DNA of 64,000 nucleotides. It comes from Felis catus (taxonomy: Eukaryota). Under the pieces are notes generated by a model. The model worked only from the letters and a program-made list of their open reading frames with translations. It was not told where the DNA came from and did not search any database. The position numbers were made by a program, and so were the translations under genes. This document shows, piece after piece, positions 36,790-49,645 of the stretch. Where the stretch lies: NCBI RefSeq assembly GCF_018350175.1, contig NC_058368.1, forward strand, positions 198,774,001 to 198,838,000, given 5' to 3'. Position 1 is the stretch's first letter. Each line of letters opens with the position of its first letter.

Positions 36790-38010
36790 TAGACTATGAG
36801 CTCATGAGTTAGGCAAGGGCCACATCTACCTGGTTGGCCACTGTATGCCTGGTGCCCAGAGCTATGTCTGGGACATAGATGCCACTCAGTAAATACTTGT
36901 TAGTTGATCAAGTGAATGAGTAATATAAATCAGATGACTGTTTTTAATTCACACGTAAATTAATTGAAGACTATATGCTTATTCCTATACTAGGTCCTTG
37001 AAATATACAAAAGAATTGGTGTAGATTGTCAGTCCAGGATAATCACAAGGAACTGGACGTATAGAAACACTTTCAATGTTACAAGTATCCTAACATTCAA
37101 GGGATACAAGGTTTGCTCTAGAATAACAAAGGATGGAGACAGCAATTTTGTGAAAATGAAAGAAGGCTTCAGTAGAGGAGATGTTTAGATGTAGACTTAC
37201 AACGTGCATAGGGTTTTGTTTTGTTTTGTTTTTAGGTAAGACATGAGTGGAGCAGGGGAAAAACAGAGGAAAAATGCATGGCGAAGTTTCAAAGTGTCCA
37301 AGAGCTTGGCATTTACACAGAGAGGAAAGTTGGGTGATTGATGATTGACTACTAGGAAAAAGAGATAAGGGGTTAAGCATGACTCTTTTTAAAGTGTATT
37401 TTATTTTGAGGGAGAGACTGCATGAGTGGAGAGGCAGAGAGAGAGGCAGACAGAGATTCTCAAGCAGGCTCCTTGCTGCTAGTGCAGAGCCCAATGCAGG
37501 GCTTGAATTCATGAAACTGTGAGATCATGACCTGAGCCAAAACCAAGAGTCAGACACTTAACCGACCAAGCCACCCAGCTGCCTCAAGTATGACTCTTCT
37601 ACTTTGGGCGTCTGTCAATCCCTAGACCAGGGAATCCAGGAGACTGGTTTAGAAAAGAATGTGTGGCAAGAATGAGGTCATAAGGGGACAAGTTGAGTTT
37701 AAAATACCTGGGAAACTTTAGAAGGGAATATATGATACACTGTAAGAAATCAGAATGTTGGTGCTTTAGAGAAAATCAGATAAGAGGGATTGAACGGCTG
37801 TCTTCAGGATAGTAGAAGTAAGTGAAACAGGAGGAGGAAAGACATTTCTAAGGAGGATGTGTAAAGTGAGAAGAAAGAATTCTGGGGAAAATCTGAGAAT
37901 TCTTAATTGGAGATCTGTGCACTGTGAAGGCAGAGACCATGTCTCTTTCATTTTCTGACCTGCACTGTTAGAGCACAGTACACGGCACTCAGTAAGCCCT
38001 CACAACGTTT
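36790..38010. mobile_element. L2 fragments in both orientations surrounding a SINE
   Basis: 'ctagactatgagctc...cactcagtaaatacttgttagttg' (L2 3' end) plus antisense L2 pieces at about 36940-37370 and 37600-37900. Confidence 0.65.
37388..37585 (-). mobile_element. CAN-SINE
   Basis: TSD aagcatgactctt / aagtatgactctt. Confidence 0.9.
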
Positions 38011-38171
38011 TTTTAAAGTCGCCTCTGAAAGAAGCATGTTGAGAAATCAGTAGATGGTATTTATGTAGAGCAACGAGTTGCCAGTAAGACTTAGGGTAAG
38101 TTTTTTCCCCATTTGGTTCATGAATTCACATTGTAGAAGTTGCTGTCTAACTGAAAATTGTTTTTTTAACT

Positions 38172-38828
38172 TTGTTAGTTATCTATCACTATGTAACAAT
38201 TGACCACAAACTTAGAGACTTTATCAAGAAAAGAATGTGTGTTTTTTTGAAGTTAAATATAGAATTACCATGTGACCCATCAACTCTACTCCTAGTTATA
38301 TACTCAAAAGAATTGAAAACAGGTGTTCAAAACAAACAAACAAAAAAACCCCAAAACCTTGTACTCCAGTATTCATAGCAGCTCTGTTCACAGAAGCCAA
38401 AATGCGGAAACAACCAACATGTCTGTCAGCAGATGAATGTACAGGCAGAATGTGACATATCTATACAATGAAATCTCTGGCCATAAAGGATCCATTTTTA
38501 AGATCACATTTTTCTTGGTGGATTTCAGTTCCTCAGGGTTGGATAACTGAGGGCCACATGTTGGCCAGAGGATGCCTTCAGTTCCTTGGCTCATGTGCCT
38601 TTGCAGTATGACAATTTGCTTCATAAAAGCATCCTGACTGAGAAGGCAGTAGAGCTAACCTGTTATTAAAATGGAAGTTACAGTCTTTTGTAACTACTCA
38701 GGGAAAAATATCCCATCACCTTTGCCACATTCTGTTGGTTAGAAGTAAGGCGCTAGACCATCCCACACTCAAAGGGAGGAGATTACACAAAGGCCTCAGT
38801 ACCAAGAAGTGGAGATCATTGGTAGCCA
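38172..38828 (-). mobile_element. MLT1-type (MaLR) LTR interrupted by an L1 fragment (about 38245-38490, + strand)
   Basis: 'tgttagttatctatcactatgtaacaa...cacaaacttag' and 'catcacctttgccacattctgttggttagaag...cccacactcaaagggaggagattacacaa'. The insert reads 'ttaaatatagaattaccatgtgaccca'. Confidence 0.8.
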
Positions 38829-40659
38829 TCTTGGAGGCTGCCTCCGTAGCCTTTGCTGTTTAATGTCTCTGCGAGACTTTCGATTATTTGCATTGGGATG
38901 ATCATGTGCTTTTCCTGACAGAATCTTCCTCATGTAAACTCAGAAATCTTGTATTTGAGTACCTATGACTCTGATATGGCAGGTATAAAGAGAAGATGTG
39001 GTCGCTGGCTTTATGGAAAGGAAAAGTGTGGGTCATTCTCTTAATGTTGCCTACTTCTGTGCAGAAATTGTTTTCAACATTGGTTATTTACAAGGATACA
39101 TAGCCTTAGATTGATTTGTAAATAAGAGACTGTGTTCATGTGTGTATGCACATAAGTGTGTGCACTGAATGAAATGATCTGATTCTTGAGGTTTATAGCA
39201 AGACCATCATTTTTCTAATTAAAGAAGGGATAAATCTTGAAGAATACAAACCAAAGATTGGGGATGGGGTAGGTAGCGTGTTTTTCCTCTCCTAATTGCT
39301 GTTTGTGTGCTTTAGCCGTTTGTATATAAGAGAAACTTCAAAATAGCAACAGTATATGATAAATGGGTTGAAAATAGTTTTTTTTTAAAGGATCCTGATC
39401 TTATTTATGTCTGATAGCCATACTTTTATACATGTCCACTCTATAAATGTTTCATTTATCTAAAATAAGGACATGAATGAAGAGACATGTCCTCATTAGT
39501 CAGCTCTGAAATTAACTCCTAGCCTAATATCACAGCTTTAAGAAAATCAGCATTCTGGAACCCTGTGGGATACCTAATAAATATTTCTTTCATATAATCT
39601 CTTCTCTATTCCCAGGCAAATATATTCTTTAACTATCCCAATCTAAATAAAAATAAGACAGTAGGCTTAGCATCATTTAAATTGCACTGTCTCTTTTCTT
39701 TTGAGTGTGTTCTTCATGGGAAACTATTTGGAAGTGAAGTGCTTGACCTCAGGCAATGTTTCAAACTCCTTTGTCTTCTCTTTGGCTAGTGTACTGATGC
39801 CTAATCGTTTTATGCGGTGACACTATTTTCTGTAACCTCCTGTCCCCAAGTGCTGGATGATACAGACATACTTATATTTTAAAATTAAAATTAATTTCAT
39901 TTTGAGAGTTCCACTTGCCTCTTGAGATAATTGGAGACATTGCATAGCTTCTAAGAAGGTTGGGGATTATTGATTTAATGATACGGTTACACGTGAAAAA
40001 GAGTCTGTTTAATGGTATATGTGATGTAGTAAGCTAATCTCTTTTAAATATATAGTAACTGTGTAAAACAAAAAAGAAGTCTGATTACTTTAAGGACACT
40101 TTAATGAGTGGTTCATCCAGCTGTGGTTACAGAGTTTATTCTTTTGGAATTGTCTGAAGTGGAGTGATCTTATCTCCACTTTCCCTTTATAATGGCAACT
40201 TCGAAGGACAGAAGAAAAGCTTACTTTGGAGGACAAAAAGGAATTCCCCTGCTTTAGAAAACAGCTCAGAGAGAAGAGCATTTCAGACAAGAATTAGGAA
40301 AGGAACCGAGGGAGCAGTGAAGGGTATTTTAGACTATATAAAAATGAGACAACTTCTCAAATCCATGGGCATATAATGCGCGTATTCATCTTTCTTTCAC
40401 TTACTCACTTCAGCAACAAATACGGAGAGCCTGCTCTGTGCCAGAGTCTGCGTAAACACCTGGAGACATAGCATTGAACCCACCTAGCAAGGAGGATCTT
40501 GAATAGACTTAGCAAAGTTGATGGATAAAGAGACCTGGTGAAAGTGGCGTGTTTACCCAAAAGCTATGAAAAAACTGAGTGCGAGAGAGTGGGTTACAGA
40601 TAGATGCAAAAATTCCTGACTCAGGCATTTAGGTGAGCACTATAGTTCAGTAAGTTATA

Positions 40660-40885
40660 GGCTTACTGAACATATAGAACATTCCAAGCACTATGCCAAA
40701 TGAGTTATCTCATCTGATCCCTACAATACTATTGGGTACGTAAGTATTATTTTTTCCTTTTATTCGAAGGAAAACCAAGGCTTACAACAAGCCAGTTACC
40801 CAAGGTCACTAAGGTGACATGTGACAGAACTAGGTTTTGAACCCAGTAAGTCTGACTTAAGAGTGCATGCTAATCTCTCTGCTGT
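40660..40885 (-). mobile_element. MIR
   Basis: 'ggaaaaccaaggctta...ttacccaaggtcac...agaactaggttttgaaccca'. Confidence 0.75.
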
Positions 40886-41474
40886 CCTATCCTCTATCAG
40901 AGCTAACATGCCTCTCATGACTAAACCCAACTCCAGTGCATTGGCTTATTTTCAAGGAAAATTTTGTGCCAAATTCTGAAAAAATTGGAGCTTTCCAAAA
41001 GTTTTGGAGTGTAAACTGATCCCTACGCTGACAACTGCCCATATTTATTTATAATTTGTAAAGTGCCTTGAGTTGCCCAATTGCATAATTCAGATTATAA
41101 TGTATACTAGCTTATGTACATTATTAAACACTGGTGTCATTTCTCTGAAGCCTAGGCAGTTGTTGTTTTTTTTCTCCTCTTTTATGCTTAGGCCTGAACA
41201 TGGATCCTCACTGAATTTGTATAATCCATAGGGTTGCAACAAATAGAACACAAAGAATCCATGGGAGAAAACTGAAATCTCCATTTAGGAGTTGTGATAA
41301 ACCTTCCGTCAAGAATGACAGAGTACTAAAGGACAAAAGGGTAGATAGGGATGGGTTCAAATAAATGTTGTGGACCAAGCAGAATTCCCCTTAAGGTTTT
41401 ATTACATGAGTAGGTTATTAGTAATTTTTTGAGGTCAAATTAATCACAGAATAGAAATTACAGTTAAGAGACTT

Positions 41475-41687
41475 GGGGCGCCTGGGTGGCGCAGTCGGTT
41501 AAGCGTCCGACTTCAGCCAGGTCACGATCTCGCGGTCCGTGGGTTCGAGCCCCGCGTCAGGCTCTGGGCTGATGGCTCAGAGCCTGGAGCCTGTTTCCGA
41601 TTCTGTGTCTCCCTCTCTCTCTGCCCCTCCCCCGTTCATGCTCTCTCTCTGTCCCAAAAATAAATAAACGTTGAAAAAAAAATTAAA
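41475..41687 (+). mobile_element. Very young SINEC_Fc-type SINE
   Basis: 'ggggcgcctgggtggcgcagtcggttaagcgtccgacttcagccaggtcacg'. TSD aagagact at 41466-41473 and 41688-41695. Confidence 0.97.
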
Positions 41688-42550
41688 AAGAGACTAATAC
41701 TCTACCTTTGAAGGTCAAAGCTTATAGTTTTAAAGTTTTTCTGTGGGCTATGAATTTATGTTCATCTAGAACCTCATGTCATCTGTCCATTTTGTCACAT
41801 GGTTGGTATAAGTTAAACTTTAGAATAAAAACTTGTGGCGGGAGGAAATGGAAGCTACACTAGAAGGCCATAGCATTTCTGCCGTTTTAAACGATTGTAT
41901 TTCACCCTGACTATGGAACAAACACCTTCCACTGCAGCCAGAAAATTCTCATTGTGGCTCTTCCCAATTTGTTGCTTTAGTCAATGGCAATTTCAACAAA
42001 ATTGTTCCCAGACTAGCTTTCCTACTCTGGCCACCAGATTTTCCAGAATACTATAAAGTGTGCTTTTTTGCTTTTTGTGTTAGGCCGATAGCTCGGGAAT
42101 TTGCTGCTTAGTAAACATGTGGAGTCGTGCAAATTGTGATCACCTTGGGTTTGTGGGTCTTCTAGGCAGTAGGCCCTCGGCTGTTGCCGGAGTCCAGAGG
42201 GGAACATTTTCCCACAACTCTTCCCACAGCTTTTTCTTTCCACACTTTCAGTTTCTCAAGGCTGCTTGCTTTGCCGAACGTCAGGACCGGCAGGCTGATG
42301 GATCACAGAGAGCACAGGGCAGCGCTCTTATTTGTGTTTTAGTACAGTGCTTAGCACATGCAACGTTATGGCTTCACATTTCCAGATACTAAAACAGAAG
42401 TCTGAGAGAGGCAAAGCCATGAAATAATTTTGTGTATGTGGAATTAAAAATTTTTCTGAATAGAAAATGTCAGGCGAATGATTCTTCGCAGAGTATGTGC
42501 CAGAAACATAACTACATGCTAAGCCAACAAACTACTACCATCCACAGAAT

Positions 42551-42559
42551 ACACACACG

Positions 42560-42601
<42 letters not shown>
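42551..42601. repeat. Compound (CA)n(CG)n(CA)n microsatellite
   Basis: Direct reading of the sequence. Confidence 0.95.
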
Positions 42602-42602
<1 letters not shown>

Positions 42603-42779
42603 TTCGCTTGTTTCTTTATGACGTGTTTTGTTTGGTGAATTCTATATTCTGCATACGAGAAATCTGAGTAAACGTTTTATAAAAGATTAACCAGTTCATT
42701 GAAAAAATGGTTGTATAAGACTATGTTAGATGCATTCAGAGTGTGGAAATGAGACACAAAAATGCACAAAACTCCCAGA

Positions 42780-43500
42780 TGTCTCTTTCGGTCTAACCAG
42801 GAAGATGAAACATATATTCAGATAACTATGCTACAGGGTAGAAACAATTACGAACAGCACCAAGAGCAATAGATTAAAAGCTTCTGAGAAATGATTTCCA
42901 GCTGGAAGACTATGGAAGTCTTGGTGGAGTAGGAGATCTGGCCCTTGACAAGCAGGTGGTGGTTTCAGTGTACAAGAACTGACGTGGCAGGAACTCCAGG
43001 CAGAGGGGAATAACACAACTAAAGGCATGAGGGTGAAAGCGTGGTCTGGTCCAGGAGAGACATGTTGCGTTTGTGGATTGTACAAGGAGCGGAATGGAAA
43101 CAAGTGGTAGGAATGGTCAGCTGAGGCCAGATCACAGAGAACCGTAAATGCTAAGTCATGTAGCTGGGGAATTCCAAATTATAGGCATTTGATGTTCTTG
43201 AGCAGTGTGGTGATACAGCTTGAGCTAGTTTCCTGGACAAACATTAATAATTTAATCAGCACTGGCTTTGTGCTGACCGCTCAGAGCCTGGAGCCTGTTT
43301 CAGATTCTGTGTCTCCCTCTCTCTCTGCCCCTCCCCCACTTGCACTCTGTCTCTCTCTGTCTCAAAAATAAATAAGCATTTAATCAGCACTGGCTTGACA
43401 GAAGCATGGAGAGCAGTTAGATAAGTCATTCTGGTGATCCAGGTGGAAAGTGGTTGAGGGTATGGACCAGAGTGAGAACATGGAGGAGGGCAGGTATCAG
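42780..43500 (-). mobile_element. L2 fragment containing a truncated SINE
   Basis: 'ccaggcagaggggaataacacaactaaaggcatgagggtg', 'ggccagatcacagagaacc'. Confidence 0.7.
43269..43377 (+). mobile_element. 5'-truncated SINEC_Fc-type SINE
   Basis: 3' half only. Flanking repeat atttaatcagcactggctt at 43250-43268 and 43378-43396. Confidence 0.92.
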
Positions 43501-44029
43501 ATGGCAGGCATAGTCCTCAGGTATGGTTGTTAGGTCTTAACGCTGAAGGTACTGATGTACAGTTGTGCTTTGAGTAACACGGACATCCAGAATATTTGTT
43601 AGGAACAGGATAAGGTGAGAACAGGGCAACTAGCGCATCAGTTTTTGTATAGTGTCGCACATTTTGTTTTTTAAAAGGTAGGCTAAGAACTACCTTCAGA
43701 ATTTTCTGGGGGTGTGCTATTTGAAGTTCAGATTGCACAAGTCCAAGGTTGCACACATTATCATAACATTTCTAGTCCCTAAAGCATGTGACCACTGTTG
43801 GAATTCCAACATAATGAGACCAAGGAGATTAGTACGATTCCCATATAGGCCTCTTAATTTTGCAATTGTACTTCCAACTCTGGCTGACCTATCTTTGGAC
43901 ACGAGATAGCGTGAGTGTAAAGATGGTTCAGTGTAACACGCTTATTTCTGCTGGAAAACGAATCCAAATGTGCCTGAGATTTAGTGGACCTCAGTGGTCC
44001 CCGTTGTATATTAAAGATAACGAGTATGT

Positions 44030-44372
44030 ACTATTCTAAAACCCTTATGGGCTCTTAGGCCTTCACTCTCAAGAATTATTGAGACCTCAGTGCCTTGGCA
44101 AAGCTAGAGATGCTAGGAAAATAATGCCTAGCCCTCCTCAAGCAACCACTAATGGGTGGTAGGTGGATGAGGACCCAAATGCTTCCCCACTGGTGCCTGG
44201 CTCCCAGTTTTAGTATGAGTAAGCTCAGGCTACCCACAGTGGTTCGTTGGCTGGGTAGCTCTTCTTGTGGGTTGACTCTTTCCCTCCCCCACTTTTTCAC
44301 TCTACCACTAGTATTTCCTGCGTTCATGGCTTGAATAAACCCGTTGCACTGGGGGAATCCAAAATAAGGCAG
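44030..44372 (+). mobile_element. LTR16-like (ERVL) solo LTR remnant
   Basis: 'taagctcaggctacccacagtgg', 'aataaacccgttgcactgggggaatccaaaataaggca' resemble the LTR16 3' end. Confidence 0.55.
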
Positions 44373-44572
44373 AGACTATTTGTTTACATATTTCCTTTGC
44401 TGACTCCCTTACACCGTTTGGGAGAAGGAAGAACTCTTTCTTGCCCACATGTTTTCATAGATTTCCAATAAACACAGGAAGACCTTAATAAGCAAATCTT
44501 TTTCAAGATATGCAGTTAGCTGTGTGTCCAAGAGTGTGGAGAGTATTCATTTTTAAGGTTTATGAAATCTTA

Positions 44573-44755
44573 GGGGCGCTTGGTTGCTCATTGAGTGTCG
44601 GACTCTTGATTTTGGCTTAGGTCGTAATCGCAGGGTCGTGAGATTGAGCACCATGTGGAGCACGCTTTAGATTCCGTCTCTCCCCCTCTCCCTCCTCTTC
44701 TGTCCCTCACCCCTGCTTACATGCGTGTTCTCGCTTTCTCTTAAATAAAATATAT
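44573..44755 (+). mobile_element. CAN-SINE
   Basis: Degenerate head. TSD taaggtttatgaaatct / taagatttatgaaatct. Confidence 0.88.
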
Positions 44756-45179
44756 AAGATTTATGAAATCTAGAGGCTTTAGGACTGGAAGAAGCTCAGA
44801 TATGAGTAGGTAGTACTGTCTACTCTAAATACAGTTACCATAATCACATTACCATAACAGGTAATGGATGGTCAACAGGACCCTTAAGCAAGACCATCCA
44901 GCTGCCAGGTAGTATTCCCCAGGGCTCTGTAATAATTCCCCATTTACTGCTGCCTCAAGCCCAGACATTGCCTGGCTTACAAAGCCATCCACATTCTGTC
45001 TTCACACTGGTCATTACTTGTCACCAGCTCAGGCTTCTCTCATGTTCATTCTCTTTACTGTGCCCCACCACCCACCCACTCCTAATTTCCTTTTATCTTA
45101 TGCTCCCAGCCATGCCATCCCCACTGGAATGTTTTCTCCTCTTCTCTCCCTTTCATTGGAGCCTCTTATACTCTCTGTG

Positions 45180-45375
45180 AAGCAGCATCATGTAGTAGAA
45201 AAGTACATGGGCTTTGGAATCAGTCCGAAATTTGAATTCTAGATCTGCCATTTATTAGCTGGATATGGAGGAAAGTGCTTAAACTTTGTGTCCCAATTTC
45301 TTCATCCATTAAATAAGGATAATAACTCCTAAAAAGTTATGTGTGGTGATGTATATAAACACCTTTACAAGGTTA
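45180..45375 (+). mobile_element. MIR
   Basis: 'gcagcatcatgtagtagaaaagtacatgggctttggaatcag...ctgccatttattagctg'. Confidence 0.8.
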
Positions 45376-46207
45376 GATGTGATGTAATATGTCGGTGAGG
45401 CGGGGGTGGATGACGACTAGGTGTGAACCCTCTTTTATATTCTATGTGGGTGTTCTCAGCTCATCTCACTGTGAGCCTGAGGACTTTGGTCTCCTCCAGC
45501 TCAACAGTTTATCCTGTTCATGGTTCTTTGATCATGCAGACCACATTTCTGTTTATTATCTAGAATGTTTTTTTTTTTTTATTCTGAAAGCAAAATAAGA
45601 CAATACACCTCCCTTCAGAGAACTTGACTTCGAATCTTCACATTTTTATACTTTGTATTGAGCACTTAAGGAGGGCTTAATTTAAGATACTCGGTGCTTT
45701 TTTCAGGGGCTGGGGGGAGTCCATATCAAAAGTTTGAGTTTACATATGCATGTCTTAGTCCTCCTGGACTCTTGGATATTTTGGTTTTTAAAAACAGATT
45801 GAGTGGGTCTGATATATAGAAGACAAAAAGAATGAAGGAACCACCCATCAGAAAAACCAAGATTCCATATATGGGAGGGGTAAAAAAAAAAAAAAAAGAA
45901 TTTAAAATTAATACTTTTCTGTCCCTTCTCCTGTCCTGCCCTTGAACATTTTCTCCCTATGCTGGAAATCACTCTTCTTAAAGTAATACTGGCTGATGCC
46001 ACTTGTGTTCCGAGGATATATCCTCCTTCACTAAAATTTGAAGAATTAATTTACAATTAAAATTCTCCAAAATTGGCTTCATTTATGGGTCTCCAGTCTC
46101 ATTAAGTTTTTCAGAGGGAAAATATTCTCCTTTTTCTGAAGACTGTGGTAAGAGGATAGAAAGAGAAGACAATCTTGAGTCCTCATCCTGAGTCTATATG
46201 CCATAAC

Positions 46208-46258
46208 AGGGTGACCCTAGTGGACACCCTCGTCCTGGTTAGCCTGTTGTGTCACCCT
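46208..46258. mobile_element. Tiny hAT-Blackjack (MER81/MER94-like) MITE remnant
   Basis: Inverted ends AGGGTGAC ... GTCACCCT enclosing 'ctcgtcctggttagcctg'. Confidence 0.5.
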
Positions 46259-46417
46259 TTGGCACACTTGTCTTTGGATCAGAGTGACCACACCTGCTCC
46301 TATACCAGCATGGCTGCATGGCTTTTCCTTTCAGAGATGGGATCAGGTCTCTAACTGTTTTCTTCTTAGGGGTTTCTAGCAGTCGCTCAAGGCAGCAGTA
46401 AGTTAGAGGAATATGTA

Positions 46418-46610
46418 GAACACACTATCCAATACAGTAGCCACCAGACACGTGTGGTGTCTAAACTTCAAATTTAAGTAAATTTTAATAAAATTCAGTT
46501 CTTGAGTTACAGTGGCCACATTTCAAGTGCTCAGTAGCCACAATGACTACTGGCTTTTTTTTTTTTTTTTTTTTTTTTTAATCACAGAAAGTTCAGTTAG
46601 ACATCACTGA
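46418..46610. mobile_element. hAT-Charlie MITE (MER3/MER33-like)
   Basis: 'tccaatacagtagccaccagacacgtgtgg', 'ccacatttcaagtgctcagtagccac', 'atcacagaaagttc...gacatcactg'. Confidence 0.8.
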
Positions 46611-46769
46611 TCTAGAGATCAGATTTTCCATAGGGACAACTTCGAACTGCTGTTTTTATTGTTGACTCCTGTGTATCCCTGTTTATTTAGTTCATTGGTT
46701 TCATCTTTCAAAGAAAAATTCTTTTAAGAAACTTACCTCTACAGCCTTTTAACTTAAGGGAGCTAAGCA

Positions 46770-47165
46770 TCTTTTTTGGCTGCAAATAATAAAATAGTCT
46801 TTGAAATCGGCACGAGTAATTAGGCATTCACTATGTTCACAAAATAAAGAGTTCTTACAATAAGTGGTTGGTACCGCTGCTCAGCGATGTTCTCAAGGAC
46901 CCAGGCTTTCTGTCTTCCTGTTGTGACCTCCTCATGTGTTGGTATGTCTTCTTCAAGATTGCTGGGAAGGTTATCATCTAATGGAATCTAAAAGCTAGAA
47001 GAGAGAAGTGACTCTCTGAGCATCTCCCTTTTTTTGAGGGGCACCGTTTTTCCCAAAAGCTCCCGGCAGACCTGTGTTGAATCCCAGTTTGCCAAAACTG
47101 AGTCATCTGTCCATGCTGCAAGAGAGAGCTTGAAAAACAAATACTTGGCATTTTTAACCTCTATA
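46770..47165 (-). mobile_element. MLT1J/K-like MaLR LTR
   Basis: 'gctcagcgatgttctcaaggacccaggctttctgtctt', 'ttgccaaaactgagtcatctgtccatgc'. Confidence 0.65.
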
Positions 47166-49173
47166 CTGGTAGGCTGGCCCTGCTGATAAAGAATGTAAGC
47201 ACTATGAAGACTGAAGCTTTTGTCTGTTTTGTTTGCTAGTATGTCCCCAGTGCCTGGGATGGTGCCAGGTGTTCAGTAAACATCCATTAGAGGAATTAAT
47301 AAATAAGAGAATGTTGCCATAGTTGTCCATAGTGTGCCATACAAAAGAACCTTGCATAATGAAGACACGTTATGCTCCCATCTTCTATCTTTTCTCTTGT
47401 AGTAGCTTGAACTAGGCTCTCCTGGTTGATTGGCTTTCTGAGTGAACTCTTAGGATACCAAGGGCTCCTTAGAACCTTCACTAAGGCAGTATCAGACTTT
47501 GGGTAATTCAGAGACTGGGTAACACCCTCACCTCCCCAACCTCTCTACTGTTAATACACCTTTTTTTTTTTTAATCTGAATACAAAATACAGGCCAGGTT
47601 TGGATTTGGTGTTTAACCTCTTTATATACCAATTTAAGTGACACAGAGCATGCGCTATTCAGTCATTAAAATGAGTGGCCCCAGACCATTTATGATGTGA
47701 TGTGATGCCCTGCGTGTGTTACTCCCCTTGGACTTGGTTTATGGGCGAGGCCTGTTGGGATGTGGACATCAAACTCTGTTCCTAGTTTTCCCAGTTAGGC
47801 TCACTTCTCAGAGCATCTGGCAGCTGGGTTAATGACCTGTCTATTTCTCATTTTAATCTGGTGGCTCATCTAAGGTCCTCTCAGCTGGGCCAACCAACCT
47901 GATACTACCATTCACCCCATTCCTGGTTTCCTGGGGTACTCTGGGTTTCATCCAGAAGCCCTGATGACCAAAGCCATTGTGCAAAAGGCTGAACTGGAAT
48001 TTCAGATTCCAAGCCCAGTGTTTGTGATGAACATTAGACATGCTAAGATTGGACAGATAGCTGTGTGGCAGGAGACTAAAGAAAAGGGTCTTTTCATTAC
48101 TAATAAGTTATCATCCACATAGTATATCATAGAATGGATGCTTTAAGAAATTCCAGCATTTCTCTTTGGATTTGTTTCATCCGTCAACAGTCATTGGACT
48201 TAAGGTCATTTTGTCTTACCATTTTCTGGTGTCTTATTGTGCTCCCAAATGTGGCAGATGGAAATAGTTTCTTGTTGAAAAAGACCCTCATGAGTTAGAT
48301 TTCGAATATGTCCCGCGTATTTCCAATAGAAAATTTCCACTGAAACATTCAACCAGTATTCTTCTCTTTATACTTAATTCTCTGCACCCCTCTAATGCTA
48401 TGGCCATATTTATTAAGATGTATTTACAGGCCTTGTTGTAGTAACTATTACTTTAAAGAATTTGTGGGTTTGATCTAAGGTAATCATGGATTTTTAAATA
48501 TTTCTTATAGGTCCTTGCTTAGTGACGTGTATAGAAGAGTACTTAAAAATATTTATTTAATTAATTGGCTAGAAATGTTAGGTACCTTTTGTTTTGATAA
48601 GTTGCTTTTTCCCCCCTCTTGGCTTATGTAGTAGTAGAGTTTTTTGTTGAGTTTTATCACCTTTCCAGTCAATGATCCTTCTATTTCTATCACATTAGAC
48701 CTAGATAAATATTTTAGGTGTGTAACCTTGGCCACATTATGTGATTGTTTCATGTCTTAGTTTTATTGTTGATAAAATGAGAGCCATAACAATACCTACC
48801 TCTTAAGATGGTCAAGAGTAAATGAGTTAATACATGTAAAAACACTTAGCACCACCACCATTTATTTTGGAACTGCACTTGGTCAGTTGCAACTGTTGGT
48901 TGGCTATGATTACAGAAGTTGGGCAAAATCAGTGAAAGCATTTTGTGAGAATTAATGAGCTCTATAGAATTTACAGGAAAGCATGTTGTGTATATTATAT
49001 GAAAATTGTGTGCTACACACCTGTTAGTAAAATTTGTAATAAATTTATGTACAGATATACACACACACATTATTTTTGTCTTAAACATTTACCGTCAGGT
49101 AACACTGCTGCTACTTTTGCTCCTCAAACTTATGGATGGTTCTCTAGCATATGGATAATGTCTGGATGTAGCT

Positions 49174-49645
49174 TGTAGCAGATGCTGTTGGTATCCTACC
49201 CAGATCTCCTTTACTGGGCCAGTGCATCCATCTCCCAGCTGCTTCGAGTATTGGCTGCTAATGACTCACACCTGTACCCTTCTCCAGAGGCCTGCCCTTG
49301 GCTGACAGTAATTGCCTCAACCAAATATGTCTGGGAGAGTATGAGATCACACCCCTACCCCCTCCTGTTCCCTAGGGGTGGCTCATAGCCAATGACTGTA
49401 CCGGGGTATAGCAGCCCAGCCTCCTTGTCTTTGGACTGGACAACTTCTGTGGTTGAGTCCATGCTCTAGAGCTCCTCATTGGATCAAGCTGAGGGTAGAT
49501 TTTTGAAACCAGGTCTTTGCCAAGCCCCTTCCCCAATTCTAGCTTGCTTCTTTCACTCCAGGTTTCTTCTGACAGCACTGTCTATAATCAGGTGTTCAAG
49601 AAATGCGGTCTCAGACTCTGTGCCTGGGGAACCTGGCTTAAAGTG
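49174..49645 (+). mobile_element. LTR16C-like (ERVL) solo LTR
   Basis: Starts 'tgtagcagatgctgttggtatcctacccagatc', internal 'agccaatgactg', ends 'tctcagactctgtgcctggggaacctggcttaa'. Confidence 0.75.

Noticed and set aside
41475..41560. tRNA-like A/B boxes and local CpG richness
   Set aside because: These are SINE heads, not tRNA genes or CpG-island promoters. The same applies to all the other copies.
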